Positions 9,069-17,632 are shown, numbered from the stretch's first letter. The stretch: DNA of 64,000 nt from Candidatus Marinacidobacterium sp. (GCA_965204755.1 OZ242011.1:1-64000), one strand, 5' to 3'. Made by a program: numbers and translations. Notes: generated by a model from the sequence alone, not told the origin.

Positions 9069-10475
9069 ATGACCCAGTTCCTCCACGGCGCGGAAGTCGT
9101 CCAACTCGACGGCGGCCCGCGCCCCGTCCGAACCGTCTCCTCGGCGGTCATCGGCCTGGTCGGCTCCGCCCGCAAGGGCCCCCGCAACCAGCCGGTGCTC
9201 GTCCGCGGCAGCCTCACCCAAGCCCTCGACACCTTCGGCGACGAGGGCACCATCGCCGACGGCGTCCGCGCCATCCTCGACCAGACCCCGGCCGCGGTGG
9301 TCTGCGTCAATGTCTTCGACCCGGACACCCACCGCTCCGATGTCCCCGCCGAGGAGTACAAACTCGACGGCGACACGGTGGTCATCGCCAAGGGCGCGGC
9401 CGGCCTGGTGGTCAAGAACCAGGCGAGGTCCACCACCTACCAGACGCCGGGCGACTACGCCTTCGACGCCGCCACCGGCATCCTGACCCGGAAGGGCGCC
9501 GGCAACATCGCCGCCGGCGCCACCCTCTCGGTGTCCTACACCGAGGCCGACCCGGCGGCGGTGACCCCGGCGGCGGTGACCGGGGAGGTGGACGGGGCCA
9601 CCGGCGCCTACGAGGGCGTGGAGGCGCTGCGCGGCGCGGAGTCCGCCCTGGGCGTCCGCCCCCGCATCCTCTGCGCCCCGGGCTTCACCGGGCGCACCAC
9701 CGGAACCGCCGCCGGCGGCGACCTGGCCGCGCCCACCGCCGCCGCGCTGGTCCGGGTGGCGCAGCGGCTCCGCGCCGTCGCCGTCCTCGACGGCCCGAAC
9801 ACCACCGACGCCGCGGCCGCCGACTTCCGCGCCCTGTTCGACTCCCGCCGCGCCTACATCGTCGAACCCCACTTCGAGGTCCATGACCCCGACGCCGGGG
9901 CGGCCGCCTCCCAGCCGCCCTCCGCCCGCGTCGCCGGCGTCATCGCCGCCACCGACGCCCGCCGCGGCTTCTGGACCTCCCCCAGCAACCAGACGATCCA
10001 CGGCATCTCCGGGACCTCCCGCCCGGTGGACTTCGCCCTCGACGACCCCACCAGCCGGGCCAACGCCCTGAACGCCGGGGAGATCGCCACGGTGATCCGC
10101 GACGCCGGCGGCTTCCGGCTCTGGGGGAACCGCACCTGCGCCTCGGACGCCAAGTGGGCCTTCCTCCCGGTGGCCCGCACCGCCGACCTCATCGCCGACA
10201 GCATCCTCCGCGCCCACCGCTGGGCGGTGGACCGGGGCATCACCCGCAACTACCTGGAGGATGTGGCCGGCTCGGTCAACGCCTACATCCGGGACCTCAT
10301 CGGCCTCGGCGCCCTGGTCGGCGGCCGCTGCTGGCCGAGCGAGGCCAACACCGAGAACGCGCTGGCCGCCGGCCGCGTGTACTTCGACTACGAGTTCACC
10401 CCGGTCTCCCCCGCCGAGCGGATCACCTTCCGCGCCCGGCTCACCAACGACTACCTCGAGGAGGTGCTCCCGTGA
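9069..10475 (+). CDS. Contractile tail sheath protein (P2 FI-like)
   Basis: FLHGAEV, SAVIGLVG, PRILCAPG, GFWTSPSN, GFRLWGNRT, PAERITF; RBS GAGGAGG. Confidence 0.95.
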   Translation: MTQFLHGAEVVQLDGGPRPVRTVSSAVIGLVGSARKGPRNQPVLVRGSLTQALDTFGDEGTIADGVRAILDQTPAAVVCVNVFDPDTHRSDVPAEEYKLDGDTVVIAKGAAGLVVKNQARSTTYQTPGDYAFDAATGILTRKGAGNIAAGATLSVSYTEADPAAVTPAAVTGEVDGATGAYEGVEALRGAESALGVRPRILCAPGFTGRTTGTAAGGDLAAPTAAALVRVAQRLRAVAVLDGPNTTDAAAADFRALFDSRRAYIVEPHFEVHDPDAGAAASQPPSARVAGVIAATDARRGFWTSPSNQTIHGISGTSRPVDFALDDPTSRANALNAGEIATVIRDAGGFRLWGNRTCASDAKWAFLPVARTADLIADSILRAHRWAVDRGITRNYLEDVAGSVNAYIRDLIGLGALVGGRCWPSEANTENALAAGRVYFDYEFTPVSPAERITFRARLTNDYLEEVLP

Positions 10476-10975
10476 TCGCGGATGTCCTGCGCGACTTCAA
10501 CCTGTTCGTCGACGGCCGGGGCTACCTGGGCCGCTGCGAGGAGGTCTCCCCCCCGAAACTGGCCATCAAGACCGAGGAGACCCGCGTCGGCGGGATGGAC
10601 GCCCCGGTGGAGGTGGACATGGGCATGGAGAAGTTGGAGTGCTCCTTCTCCCTGCTGGCCATCGACCGGGATGTGCTGGCGCTCTGGGGCGTCTCCACCG
10701 GGAACCGGGTTCCGCTGGTCTTCCGGGGGGCGCTGCGCTCCGAGGACGGGACCGAGCGGGCGGCGGTCATCGAGGTGCGCGGGCTGATCCGGGAGATCGA
10801 CTGGGGCACCTGGAAGGCGGGGGACAAGGCCTCGCTGAAGGCGACCATGGCCTGCCGCTACTACAAACTGGAGATCGGCGGGGACACGATCCACGAGATC
10901 GATGTGGAGAACGGCGTCCGGATCGTGGACGGCGAGGACCAGTTGGCCGAGCGGCGCAAGGCGCTCGGCATCTGA
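10472..10975 (+). CDS. Major tail tube protein (P2 FII-like)
   Basis: LRDFNLFVDGRGYLG, PPKL, GGMDAPV.VDMGMEKLE, YYKLEI.G...EIDV.N. Confidence 0.95.
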   Translation: MIADVLRDFNLFVDGRGYLGRCEEVSPPKLAIKTEETRVGGMDAPVEVDMGMEKLECSFSLLAIDRDVLALWGVSTGNRVPLVFRGALRSEDGTERAAVIEVRGLIREIDWGTWKAGDKASLKATMACRYYKLEIGGDTIHEIDVENGVRIVDGEDQLAERRKALGI

Positions 10976-10998
10976 CGCCCCGGTAAGGAGAGACCGTC

Positions 10999-11397
10999 AT
11001 GGAAACCCCCACGCCCCCGCCGACCGTCCGGGAACCCCCCGCTCCCGCCCCGCCCGCCCCGGAAACGCCGTATCCCGCTCCGCCGCCGTCGCCCCTGCCG
11101 CCGGCGGCGCGGATGCCCGAAGTCGTGCCGATCGCCCTCGACCACCCGGTCGAGGTGGACGGCGCCACCGTCGAAGCGCTCTCCATGCGGCGGCCGCGGG
11201 TGGCCGACCAACTCGCCGTCGAGAAGACCGGCCGCACCGAGGGCGCCCGCGAAGTCGCGCTCTTCGCCAACCTCTGCCAGGTCTCCCCGGAGACCGTCCG
11301 CCGACTGGCGCTCAGCGACTACTTCGAGATGCAGCGGGTGTTCAAGGGTTTTTTGTCCCGCCGGCGGCCGACCTCCGCCGCGCCGTCGCGTTCGTAG
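10999..11397 (+). CDS. Tail assembly chaperone (gpE/gp41-like)
   Basis: L.MRRPRVAD, E.ALFANLC; ends near a slippery GGGTTTTTTG; RBS AAGGAG. Confidence 0.88.
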   Translation: METPTPPPTVREPPAPAPPAPETPYPAPPPSPLPPAARMPEVVPIALDHPVEVDGATVEALSMRRPRVADQLAVEKTGRTEGAREVALFANLCQVSPETVRRLALSDYFEMQRVFKGFLSRRRPTSAAPSRS

Positions 11398-11510
11398 CCC
11401 ACCTCCTCCACACCCCGGTCACCGCCCTGGTGGAACTCCCGGTGGACGAACTCGCCGCCTGGGCGGAGGAGGCCAAGCGGATCGCCGAGGCCAAGTACGG
11501 CCGGCGCTGA
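11346..11510 (+). CDS. gpE' extension reached by programmed -1 frameshift
   Basis: Slippery heptamers G GGT TTT / T TTT TTG in the correct phase; -1 frame encodes DLRRAVAFVAHLLHTPVTALVELPVDELAAW, which resembles P2 GpE'. Confidence 0.8.
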   Translation, partial: GFFVPPAADLRRAVAFVAHLLHTPVTALVELPVDELAAWAEEAKRIAEAKYGRR

Positions 11511-11517
11511 TCCCGCC

Positions 11518-11802
11518 CTACGCGACCTCGTCTTCGTCCACGCCGCGCAGCCCGTCGAGGAACGCCAGCGCGAACCCTACGAGCCACATGACCGCGAAGT
11601 ACGGGAGCACCAGCACCAGGGCGAGCAGCGGCCCGAGCCCGACCACGACCGCCAGGTCGGTCACCCACTCGGGGTCGCCGCCGAAGTCCACCCGCAGCGC
11701 CCAGGCCGCGACCACCGCGCACGACAGCAGGACGAGCGGGACATGGGAAACCCCGTCGAACCACGCGAAGTAGCGTTCGCCCAGCGAGCGGGGACCTGAC
11801 AT
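11518..11802 (-). CDS. Antisense small membrane protein (moron-like, 94 aa)
   Basis: Fills the gap between gpE' and tape measure; 2-3 hydrophobic segments; acidic C-terminus. Confidence 0.6.
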   Translation of the reverse strand: MSGPRSLGERYFAWFDGVSHVPLVLLSCAVVAAWALRVDFGGDPEWVTDLAVVVGLGPLLALVLVLPYFAVMWLVGFALAFLDGLRGVDEDEVA

Positions 11803-14569
11803 GGCGACGACCGAGTTCGCGGCGAGTGTAGTCGTCGGGGCCACCCTGGCCCGGAACTTCGGGCAGACCCTGGGAACGGCGCAGAGCCGGATCCGGCGGC
11901 TGGGGGACGCGGCGGCCAAGGCCCGGATCGGGAAGGAGATCAGCGGCGACCTCAGCCGGCTGCAGGGTCGGCTGTCGGAACTCCAACGGGAGCAACTGTC
12001 CGCCGCCGGCAGTTCGGAAACCCTCGAGCGGGAGATCCGCGCGGTGGGCGCGGCGCTGCGGGAGTCCAAGGACCGGGCGAAGGCGCACGGCCTCGAAATC
12101 GGCGACGCGACTCGGGAACACCGGCGGTTCAGCGACGAGTTGGACCGCACCGAGCGGAAACTGGAACGCTCCCAGGAGCGCCAGAGCCGGCTCGCCGACC
12201 TGCGCAGCACCGCGGCCCCGGTGCTGGGCCTGGCCTACGCCGCTTCCCGCGCCGTCGGGAGCGCCATGGAGGTCGAGGAGAAGCAGGTCTATCTCCGCAC
12301 GGTCATCAACACCGACGACGGCGACGCGGAGGCGGCCGCCGAGCGCGCCCGCAAGCACGCCGCCGAGTTCGCCCGGAACTCCCTCGCGTCGGAGACCGAG
12401 GTGCTGGACATCCAATACAACCTCCACTCCGCCGGCCTCTCCGAAGCGGCCGCCACCGCCGGCGCGGAGATCGCCCACAAGGTCGCGGTCGCCACCCGCG
12501 GCGACTCCGACCAGGTGGCCGCCGTCATCGGCACCACCTTCAACAACCTGGGGGAGGCGATCGCCGGCGCGGACCCGGCGGAGAAGATCGCGCGGATCGG
12601 CGATGTCCTGACCCAAGTCCAGCAGAAATACCAGATCACCGACTTCGGTCAACTCGGCGAAGGGATGGCGGAGGCGGCCGCCGGGGCGACGAGCGCCAAA
12701 CTGCCGTTCGAACAGGCGGCGGTGGCCATCGGGATGATGAACAACGCGGGAACCACCGGCTCCAGCGCCGGCACGGCCCTGAACGCCGTGCTGCGCCAAC
12801 TCCCGAAGGCCGCGGAGAAGTTGGGCGCCAGCGTCGTCCGAACCTCCGACGGCTCGCTCGACCTGGCAGGCAGCCTGGCGGCGCTCCGCGAGAGTCTGCC
12901 GCCCGAAGACGAAGTGGACGCCCGGGCGCGGGCGATCCAGGAACTCTTCGGCGACGAAGGCGCCAAGGGACTGGTGCCGCTGCTCGCCGGTCTCGACCAG
13001 TACCGCGACGGCCTGGAAGCAGCCGGCGCCTCCGCCGGAACCTTCGAGACGGCCTACGACGAGATCGCGGACTCCGCCGGCGGCCAGTGGAAGATGTTCG
13101 TCCAGAACATCCAGCAGGTCGGGACCGCCTTCGGCAGCGCCCTGCTCCCGGTCGTGGGCCCGGTCTCGGCCGGCCTCGCCGCCGTCGCCGGCTGGACGGG
13201 CAGTCTCCTCGAGTCCGTGCCGGGACTGGGCGCGGGGATCGCCGGACTCGTCGGCGGTTTCGCGGCCCTCGTCGTCGTCAAGAGGGCGCGGGCCTACTTG
13301 GGCACCTTCGGGGACGAGGTGAGGCAGGCCAAGGCGGCGCTGGTCCGGATGGGCAGGAGCCTGACGCTCACGAACCTCAAGATGAAGGCGCTGGCCGTCG
13401 GCGGCGCCATCAAGAAGGCGGGGTCGGCCCTCGTCGGCCTCGCGTCCGGCGGACTCAAGGCGGCCGCCGCCGGGTTCCGGGCGCTCACCGGCGCCATCGC
13501 CGCGAACCCCATCGGCCTGGTCATCACCGGCGTCGTCATCGCCGCGGCGCTCATCTGGAAGTACTGGAAACCCATCAAGGCGTTCCTCGGCCGCGTTTTC
13601 GCCCCGCTGGTCGAGTTCGCCCGCCCGGTCTTCGCTTGGGTCTCCGCGAAGGTCGCCGCCTTCGGCGGCTGGCTCCTCGGTTTCTGGACCCCCATCAAGG
13701 CGTTCCTCGGCCGCGTCTTCACGCCCCTGGTCGAGTTCGCCAAACCCGCCTTCGCCTGGATTTCCGCCAAGGTTGCCGCCGTCGGCGGTTGGATCCGGGA
13801 GAAACTGGGCGCTGTCGGCCCGGCTGTCGGCCTCCTGCTCGGCCCGATCGGCCTGGTGGTCGGGGCGGCGGTCCTGCTCTACCGGAACTGGGAGCCGGTC
13901 TCCACCTTCTTCGGGCGCGTCTGGGCCATCCTGGGAGACGGCGCGCGAGCCGCGTTCGCCGCGCTGGGCCGCGGTTGGATGGCCGTGAAAGGCGGGTTAA
14001 GCGGCCTCCGAAACGCCGTTTCAACCGCCGTCGGCGCCGTCGTCTCCTACCTTCGGAACTTCTCCCTCGCCGAGATCGGGAAGAACCTCATCGCCACCCT
14101 CGGCGAAGGCGTCATCGCCGCCAAGGACGCCCTCGTGGACAAGGTCGGCGGCGTCTTCGGCGCCGTCCGCGACCTCCTCCCGTTCAGCGACGCCCGCGAG
14201 GGCCCCTTCTCCGCCCTCACCACCTCCGGCGCCGCCATCCTGGACACCGTGGGCGCGGGCGTCCGCCGCGCCGGGCCCGGGCCGCTCCGCCGCCCGCTCC
14301 AGTCCGCCCTCGGCGCCGCCGTCGTCGGCCTCGCCCTCCCCGCCGCGGCCGCGCACCCGGACGCACTCCTCCGACGGCCGTCCGGTCGGCCGGCCCGAAC
14401 CGCCGCCGCCCGTCCGCAGGTCGTCGTCAGCCCCGGCGCCGTCGTCCTCCACTTCCACGGCCCCGCCGACGACCCCCGCCGGATCGCCGTCGAGGTGGAG
14501 CGCCGACTTGCCGACCTGATCCGCAGCGCCGACGCCGAGGCCCGCCTCCTCGAAGCGGACTCGGACTAG
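11801..14569 (+). CDS. Phage tail tape measure protein (TP901-like core)
   Basis: 922 aa, Ala/Gly-rich helical; GSSAGTALNAVL, LFGDEG, ANPIGLVI...IWKYWKPIKAF; position after the chaperones. Confidence 0.92.
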   Translation: MATTEFAASVVVGATLARNFGQTLGTAQSRIRRLGDAAAKARIGKEISGDLSRLQGRLSELQREQLSAAGSSETLEREIRAVGAALRESKDRAKAHGLEIGDATREHRRFSDELDRTERKLERSQERQSRLADLRSTAAPVLGLAYAASRAVGSAMEVEEKQVYLRTVINTDDGDAEAAAERARKHAAEFARNSLASETEVLDIQYNLHSAGLSEAAATAGAEIAHKVAVATRGDSDQVAAVIGTTFNNLGEAIAGADPAEKIARIGDVLTQVQQKYQITDFGQLGEGMAEAAAGATSAKLPFEQAAVAIGMMNNAGTTGSSAGTALNAVLRQLPKAAEKLGASVVRTSDGSLDLAGSLAALRESLPPEDEVDARARAIQELFGDEGAKGLVPLLAGLDQYRDGLEAAGASAGTFETAYDEIADSAGGQWKMFVQNIQQVGTAFGSALLPVVGPVSAGLAAVAGWTGSLLESVPGLGAGIAGLVGGFAALVVVKRARAYLGTFGDEVRQAKAALVRMGRSLTLTNLKMKALAVGGAIKKAGSALVGLASGGLKAAAAGFRALTGAIAANPIGLVITGVVIAAALIWKYWKPIKAFLGRVFAPLVEFARPVFAWVSAKVAAFGGWLLGFWTPIKAFLGRVFTPLVEFAKPAFAWISAKVAAVGGWIREKLGAVGPAVGLLLGPIGLVVGAAVLLYRNWEPVSTFFGRVWAILGDGARAAFAALGRGWMAVKGGLSGLRNAVSTAVGAVVSYLRNFSLAEIGKNLIATLGEGVIAAKDALVDKVGGVFGAVRDLLPFSDAREGPFSALTTSGAAILDTVGAGVRRAGPGPLRRPLQSALGAAVVGLALPAAAAHPDALLRRPSGRPARTAAARPQVVVSPGAVVLHFHGPADDPRRIAVEVERRLADLIRSADAEARLLEADSD
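13565..13795 (+). repeat. 120-bp (40-aa) tandem duplication in the tape measure gene
   Basis: W.PIKAFLGRVF.PLVEFA.P.FAW.SAKVAA.GGW occurs at 13565 and 13685. Confidence 0.85.
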
Positions 14570-14573
14570 CCCG

Positions 14574-14822
14574 GTGCCCGCCGGCCGACCCCGCCGTCGC
14601 CCGACGCCGGCGGCCGCCGCGTCCCCCGATGCGCCGCCCCTCCGGAGCGCCGACGGCCGCGCTGTCGAGCGCCCGGTCGTCTTCAGCGTCCACAGCCCGG
14701 CCGGAGCCTCCCCGAGCGCCCGCCGCCGCGTCGCCGCCCTCTTCGCCCGCGCCTTCCGCTCGATGAACCGGCAAGACCTGCTCGACCTCGCCCCGGAGCC
14801 CCCTCGAAGGAACGCGCCGTGA
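14574..14822 (+). CDS. Hypothetical protein resembling a tape-measure C-terminal segment
   Basis: GTG start; stop overlaps gpU start (GTGA); PVVFSVHSPAGASP..RRRVAALF...LLD. Confidence 0.45.
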   Translation: MPAGRPRRRPTPAAAASPDAPPLRSADGRAVERPVVFSVHSPAGASPSARRRVAALFARAFRSMNRQDLLDLAPEPPRRNAP

Positions 14823-15241
14823 GCGCCGGCGCCCGGATGATGGCCCTCGGGTCCTTCGTCTTCGGACTCGACTCCGCCCCCTACCGCCGCCTCTCGCGCC
14901 GCACGCAGAACCGCTGGGCCGCCTTGCCCCGCATCGGCCGCCCCCCGGCGCTCCAGCACCTCGGCCCCACCGCCGAGGAGATCACCCTCGAGGGCGTCCT
15001 CCTCCCCGACCTCGGCGACCCCGCCTCCCTCGAAACCCTCCGCTCCCTGGCCGCCGACGGCGAACCCCACGCCCTGGTCGACGGCGCCGGCCACAACCAC
15101 GGCCTCTGGGTCATCCGCGAAGTCTCCGAAGAACAGGACGCCCTCCTCCCCGACGGCGTGCCCCTCCGCCGCGCCTTCCGCGTCTCCCTCCTCGAATACG
15201 GGGAAGACCAGCCCCCGCCCGGCGCCCGGGACCGCCCATGA
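14819..15241 (+). CDS. P2 gpU-like tail protein
   Basis: MMALGSFVF, RWA..PRIGRPPALQ.LGP, ITLEG, G.WVI..V.E. Confidence 0.9.
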   Translation: MSAGARMMALGSFVFGLDSAPYRRLSRRTQNRWAALPRIGRPPALQHLGPTAEEITLEGVLLPDLGDPASLETLRSLAADGEPHALVDGAGHNHGLWVIREVSEEQDALLPDGVPLRRAFRVSLLEYGEDQPPPGARDRP

Positions 15242-15450
15242 GCACCTACCGCACCGTCGAGGGCGACACCGTGGACCTCATCGCCTGGCGCCACTACGGC
15301 GACGAGGCCCTGGCCGCCGTCATCTTCGACGCCAACCCCGGCCTCGCCGACCTCGGCGCCGTCCTCCCGACCGGAACCCTCGTCCGCCTCCCCGACCGCG
15401 CCGACGCCCCGCCGCCCGCCGGCGCCGGCCGCGTCCACCTCTGGGACTGA
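15238..15450 (+). CDS. P2 gpX-like tail protein (LysM-like)
   Basis: YRT.EGDTVDLIAWRHYG...ANPGLA.LG.VLP.G..V.LP...LWD. Confidence 0.92.
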   Translation: MSTYRTVEGDTVDLIAWRHYGDEALAAVIFDANPGLADLGAVLPTGTLVRLPDRADAPPPAGAGRVHLWD

Positions 15451-15455
15451 ACCCG

Positions 15456-16442
15456 GTGAAGCCGGCCTTCCGGCTCCGCGCCGGGGACGCCGAAGTCCCG
15501 GTCGGCGACCGCCTACTCGACCTCAAGGCCACCTCCACCTCCGACGACGCCTCGGACACCCTCGAACTCACCCTCGACAACCGGGGCGCCGCCGTCGCCC
15601 TCCCCCCGCCCGGCGGCGAACTCGAAGCCTGGCTCGGCTACGCGCCCTCCCCCAGATACCTCGGCCGCTTCCTCTTCGCCGACCTCGAAGTCTCCTTCCC
15701 CCCGCTCCGGCTCACCCTCCGCGCCACCGCCGCCGACTTCGGACGCGCCAGCACCCTCAAGGCGCCCCGAACCCGCAACTGGCCCGAACGCACCACCCTG
15801 GGCCAGGTCGCGAAAACCCTCGCCGACGCCCACGGCTACCGGGCGAGGGTCGCCCCCGCACTCGCCGCCGTCCCGGTCGAGAACCTCGACCAGGCCGCCG
15901 AGTCCGACCTCGCCCTGCTCGCCCGCCTCGCCGAGGCCCGCGGCGCCGCCGCCAAGGCCGACGCCCGCCACCTCCTCGTCGTCCCCCGCGGCGCCGGAAC
16001 CTCCGTCAGCGGCAAACCACTCACCGCCGCCGTCCGCCCCGAAGACGCCCTCTCCGCCCGCGCCTCCCACCGCGAACGAACCCGCTACGCCTCCGCCTCC
16101 GCCAAGTACCACGACCTCGACTCCGGCGAAACCGAAACCGTCACCGCCGGCGACGGCGAACCCGCCTTCGAGGTGCGCGGCGTCCGGCCCACCCGCGCCG
16201 ACGCCGAAGCCGCCGCCGAGGCCGCCCTGTCCACCCGAACCCGCGCCACCGCCGAACTCGACCTCGAACTCCCCGGCCACCCCGACCTCGCCGCCGAAAC
16301 CCGCCTCCGCCTATCCCGCGACTGGCCCGAAGGCCTCGCCGGCGACTGGACCGTCACCCGCGTCGCCCACTCCCTCGGCTCCTCCGGCTACCGCACCCGA
16401 ATCACCGCCGAACAACTCCCCGAAGCCCCTCCGAACCCCTGA
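15456..16442 (+). CDS. P2 gpD-like baseplate hub / late control protein
   Basis: KPAFRL, DRLL.L, SDTLEL.LD, WLGY, DQ..ESDL.LL.RLA, V.H.L..SGY.T. Confidence 0.9.
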   Translation: MKPAFRLRAGDAEVPVGDRLLDLKATSTSDDASDTLELTLDNRGAAVALPPPGGELEAWLGYAPSPRYLGRFLFADLEVSFPPLRLTLRATAADFGRASTLKAPRTRNWPERTTLGQVAKTLADAHGYRARVAPALAAVPVENLDQAAESDLALLARLAEARGAAAKADARHLLVVPRGAGTSVSGKPLTAAVRPEDALSARASHRERTRYASASAKYHDLDSGETETVTAGDGEPAFEVRGVRPTRADAEAAAEAALSTRTRATAELDLELPGHPDLAAETRLRLSRDWPEGLAGDWTVTRVAHSLGSSGYRTRITAEQLPEAPPNP

Positions 16443-16467
16443 CCCCGAGCCCGCCCCCGCGCCCGAC

Positions 16468-16537
16468 TGTGCCATTTACAACGGTAATTCGTGCCGTTTG
16501 CTGTTGAATTCCGTGCCATCTGCTATGGCTGCTTACA
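16468..16537 (-). repeat. Putative right end of transposable phage: three transposase-binding-like repeats and terminal TGT/ACA
   Basis: GTGCCATTT (16469), GTGCCGTTT (16491), GTGCCATCT (16513) at an exact 22-bp period; minus strand begins TGTAAGC at 16537. Confidence 0.72.
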
Positions 16538-16636
16538 CCCCGCCAACTATCGCGGGGAGGGGGCCACCCCCTCCCCGCACCCCTCCCCGGTCGGCGCTTC
16601 GCGCCGACGGGGGCTCCCCGGACTTTCTCCACGGGC
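16538..16636 (-). mobile_element. Truncated copy of the MITE-like element at 41230-41452
   Basis: Reverse complement matches 41233-41331 over 99 bp with 2 mismatches; match ends exactly at the prophage terminus. Confidence 0.85.
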
Positions 16637-17632
16637 TGGCACCCCCCGCGGCGCGGCGGCCCCTCCGGCGAGGGGCGGCGCCTCCGCCGCGGCGCGGCGA
16701 TAGACGAGCACCGCCGCGGCGAGGTCCTCCGCCGCGATTCCCTGCGACTCGAAGAGCGAACCCGCCGCCGGGCGCCCGGCGCCGGCAACCGACCTGCCCC
16801 CGGCGACCACGGCGGCGAGGCTCTCCACCGCGCTCCAGTCGAGGTCTCCGGCGTCGGCGAGGGCGGTCAGGTCGCCGCACTCTTCCCGCGCTTGGCGGAG
16901 GTCGTCCACGACGATCCGGCCTCGGCCGAGGACCGCCTCGGCGTCGAGTTCGCGCCGGGATCGGGAGTTCCCGCCGGCGGCGGCCACGAACGCCCCGGAG
17001 GACAGCCAGGCGCCCCGGACGACCGGCGTCCGCGAAGAAGTGATCGCCACCACCAGGTCGCGGTCCCGGACGGCGGCTTCGGCGCTCTCCGCGGCATGCA
17101 CCGGGATGCCGAGCGCCTCCGTCATCTCCTCGGCGAACTCGGCGCGCCGCTCCGGCGACCGGCAGTAGGCATCCACCCGGGTAACGGGGCGAACGGCGGC
17201 GAGGGCCTCGAGTTGGGTGCGCGCCTGCCCGCCGCAGCCCACGATCCCGACCGACGCCGCGCTCGCCGGCGCCAAGTGGTCGGCCGCCACGCCGGTGGCG
17301 GCGCCGGTCCGGATCCGGCCGAGCGCGTCCGCCTCCATCACCGCCGCGAGGGCGCCGCTCTCCTGTTCGAAGAGCAGGAAGACGAACCGCGCGCCGTCCC
17401 GCCCGCTGGCGTACGCCTTGAGCCCGCAGAAGCCCAGCGCGGCGCTCGCCGCCGCCATGCTGTGGAACACCCGCGCCGGACGCCGGCCTCCGGGCAACTT
17501 CAACCGGCGGCGGGGGAGGCTCTCCGCCTCGCCGGCGCCGATCCGCCGGAAGATGTCCTCCACCGCCCGGACGGCGTCCCGCATGGGAAGCGCCTCCCGG
17601 ACGAGGTCTTCCGGGAAATAGCGGGCGGTCAA
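16547..17632 (-). CDS. Ornithine cyclodeaminase / mu-crystallin family protein
   Basis: IRTGAATGVA, GIVGCGGQARTQL, VVDDL.QAREECGDL, LFESQGIA.EDLA; probable TTG start at 17632. Confidence 0.88.
   Translation of the reverse strand: MTARYFPEDLVREALPMRDAVRAVEDIFRRIGAGEAESLPRRRLKLPGGRRPARVFHSMAAASAALGFCGLKAYASGRDGARFVFLLFEQESGALAAVMEADALGRIRTGAATGVAADHLAPASAASVGIVGCGGQARTQLEALAAVRPVTRVDAYCRSPERRAEFAEEMTEALGIPVHAAESAEAAVRDRDLVVAITSSRTPVVRGAWLSSGAFVAAAGGNSRSRRELDAEAVLGRGRIVVDDLRQAREECGDLTALADAGDLDWSAVESLAAVVAGGRSVAGAGRPAAGSLFESQGIAAEDLAAAVLVYRRAAAEAPPLAGGAAAPRGVPARGESPGSPRRREAPTGEGCGEGVAPSPR

Larger units (their letters stand above)
1..16537 (+). mobile_element. Transposable (Mu-like) prophage, right half: Mu-type head genes plus P2-type contractile tail; left part lies outside the window
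   Basis: Continuous co-oriented virion operon with overlapping start/stop codons; AT-rich terminus with repeated motifs ending in ...TACA at 16537, followed directly by host repeat DNA. Confidence 0.88.

Noticed and set aside
9335-9570. Extra beta-rich segment in the tail sheath
   Set aside because: Such insertions are common in contractile sheath proteins; not distinctive
1-16442. Tailocin, eCIS or T6SS interpretation of the contractile tail genes
   Set aside because: Capsid, protease and head-completion genes are in the same operon and a transposon-like end follows, so this is a phage
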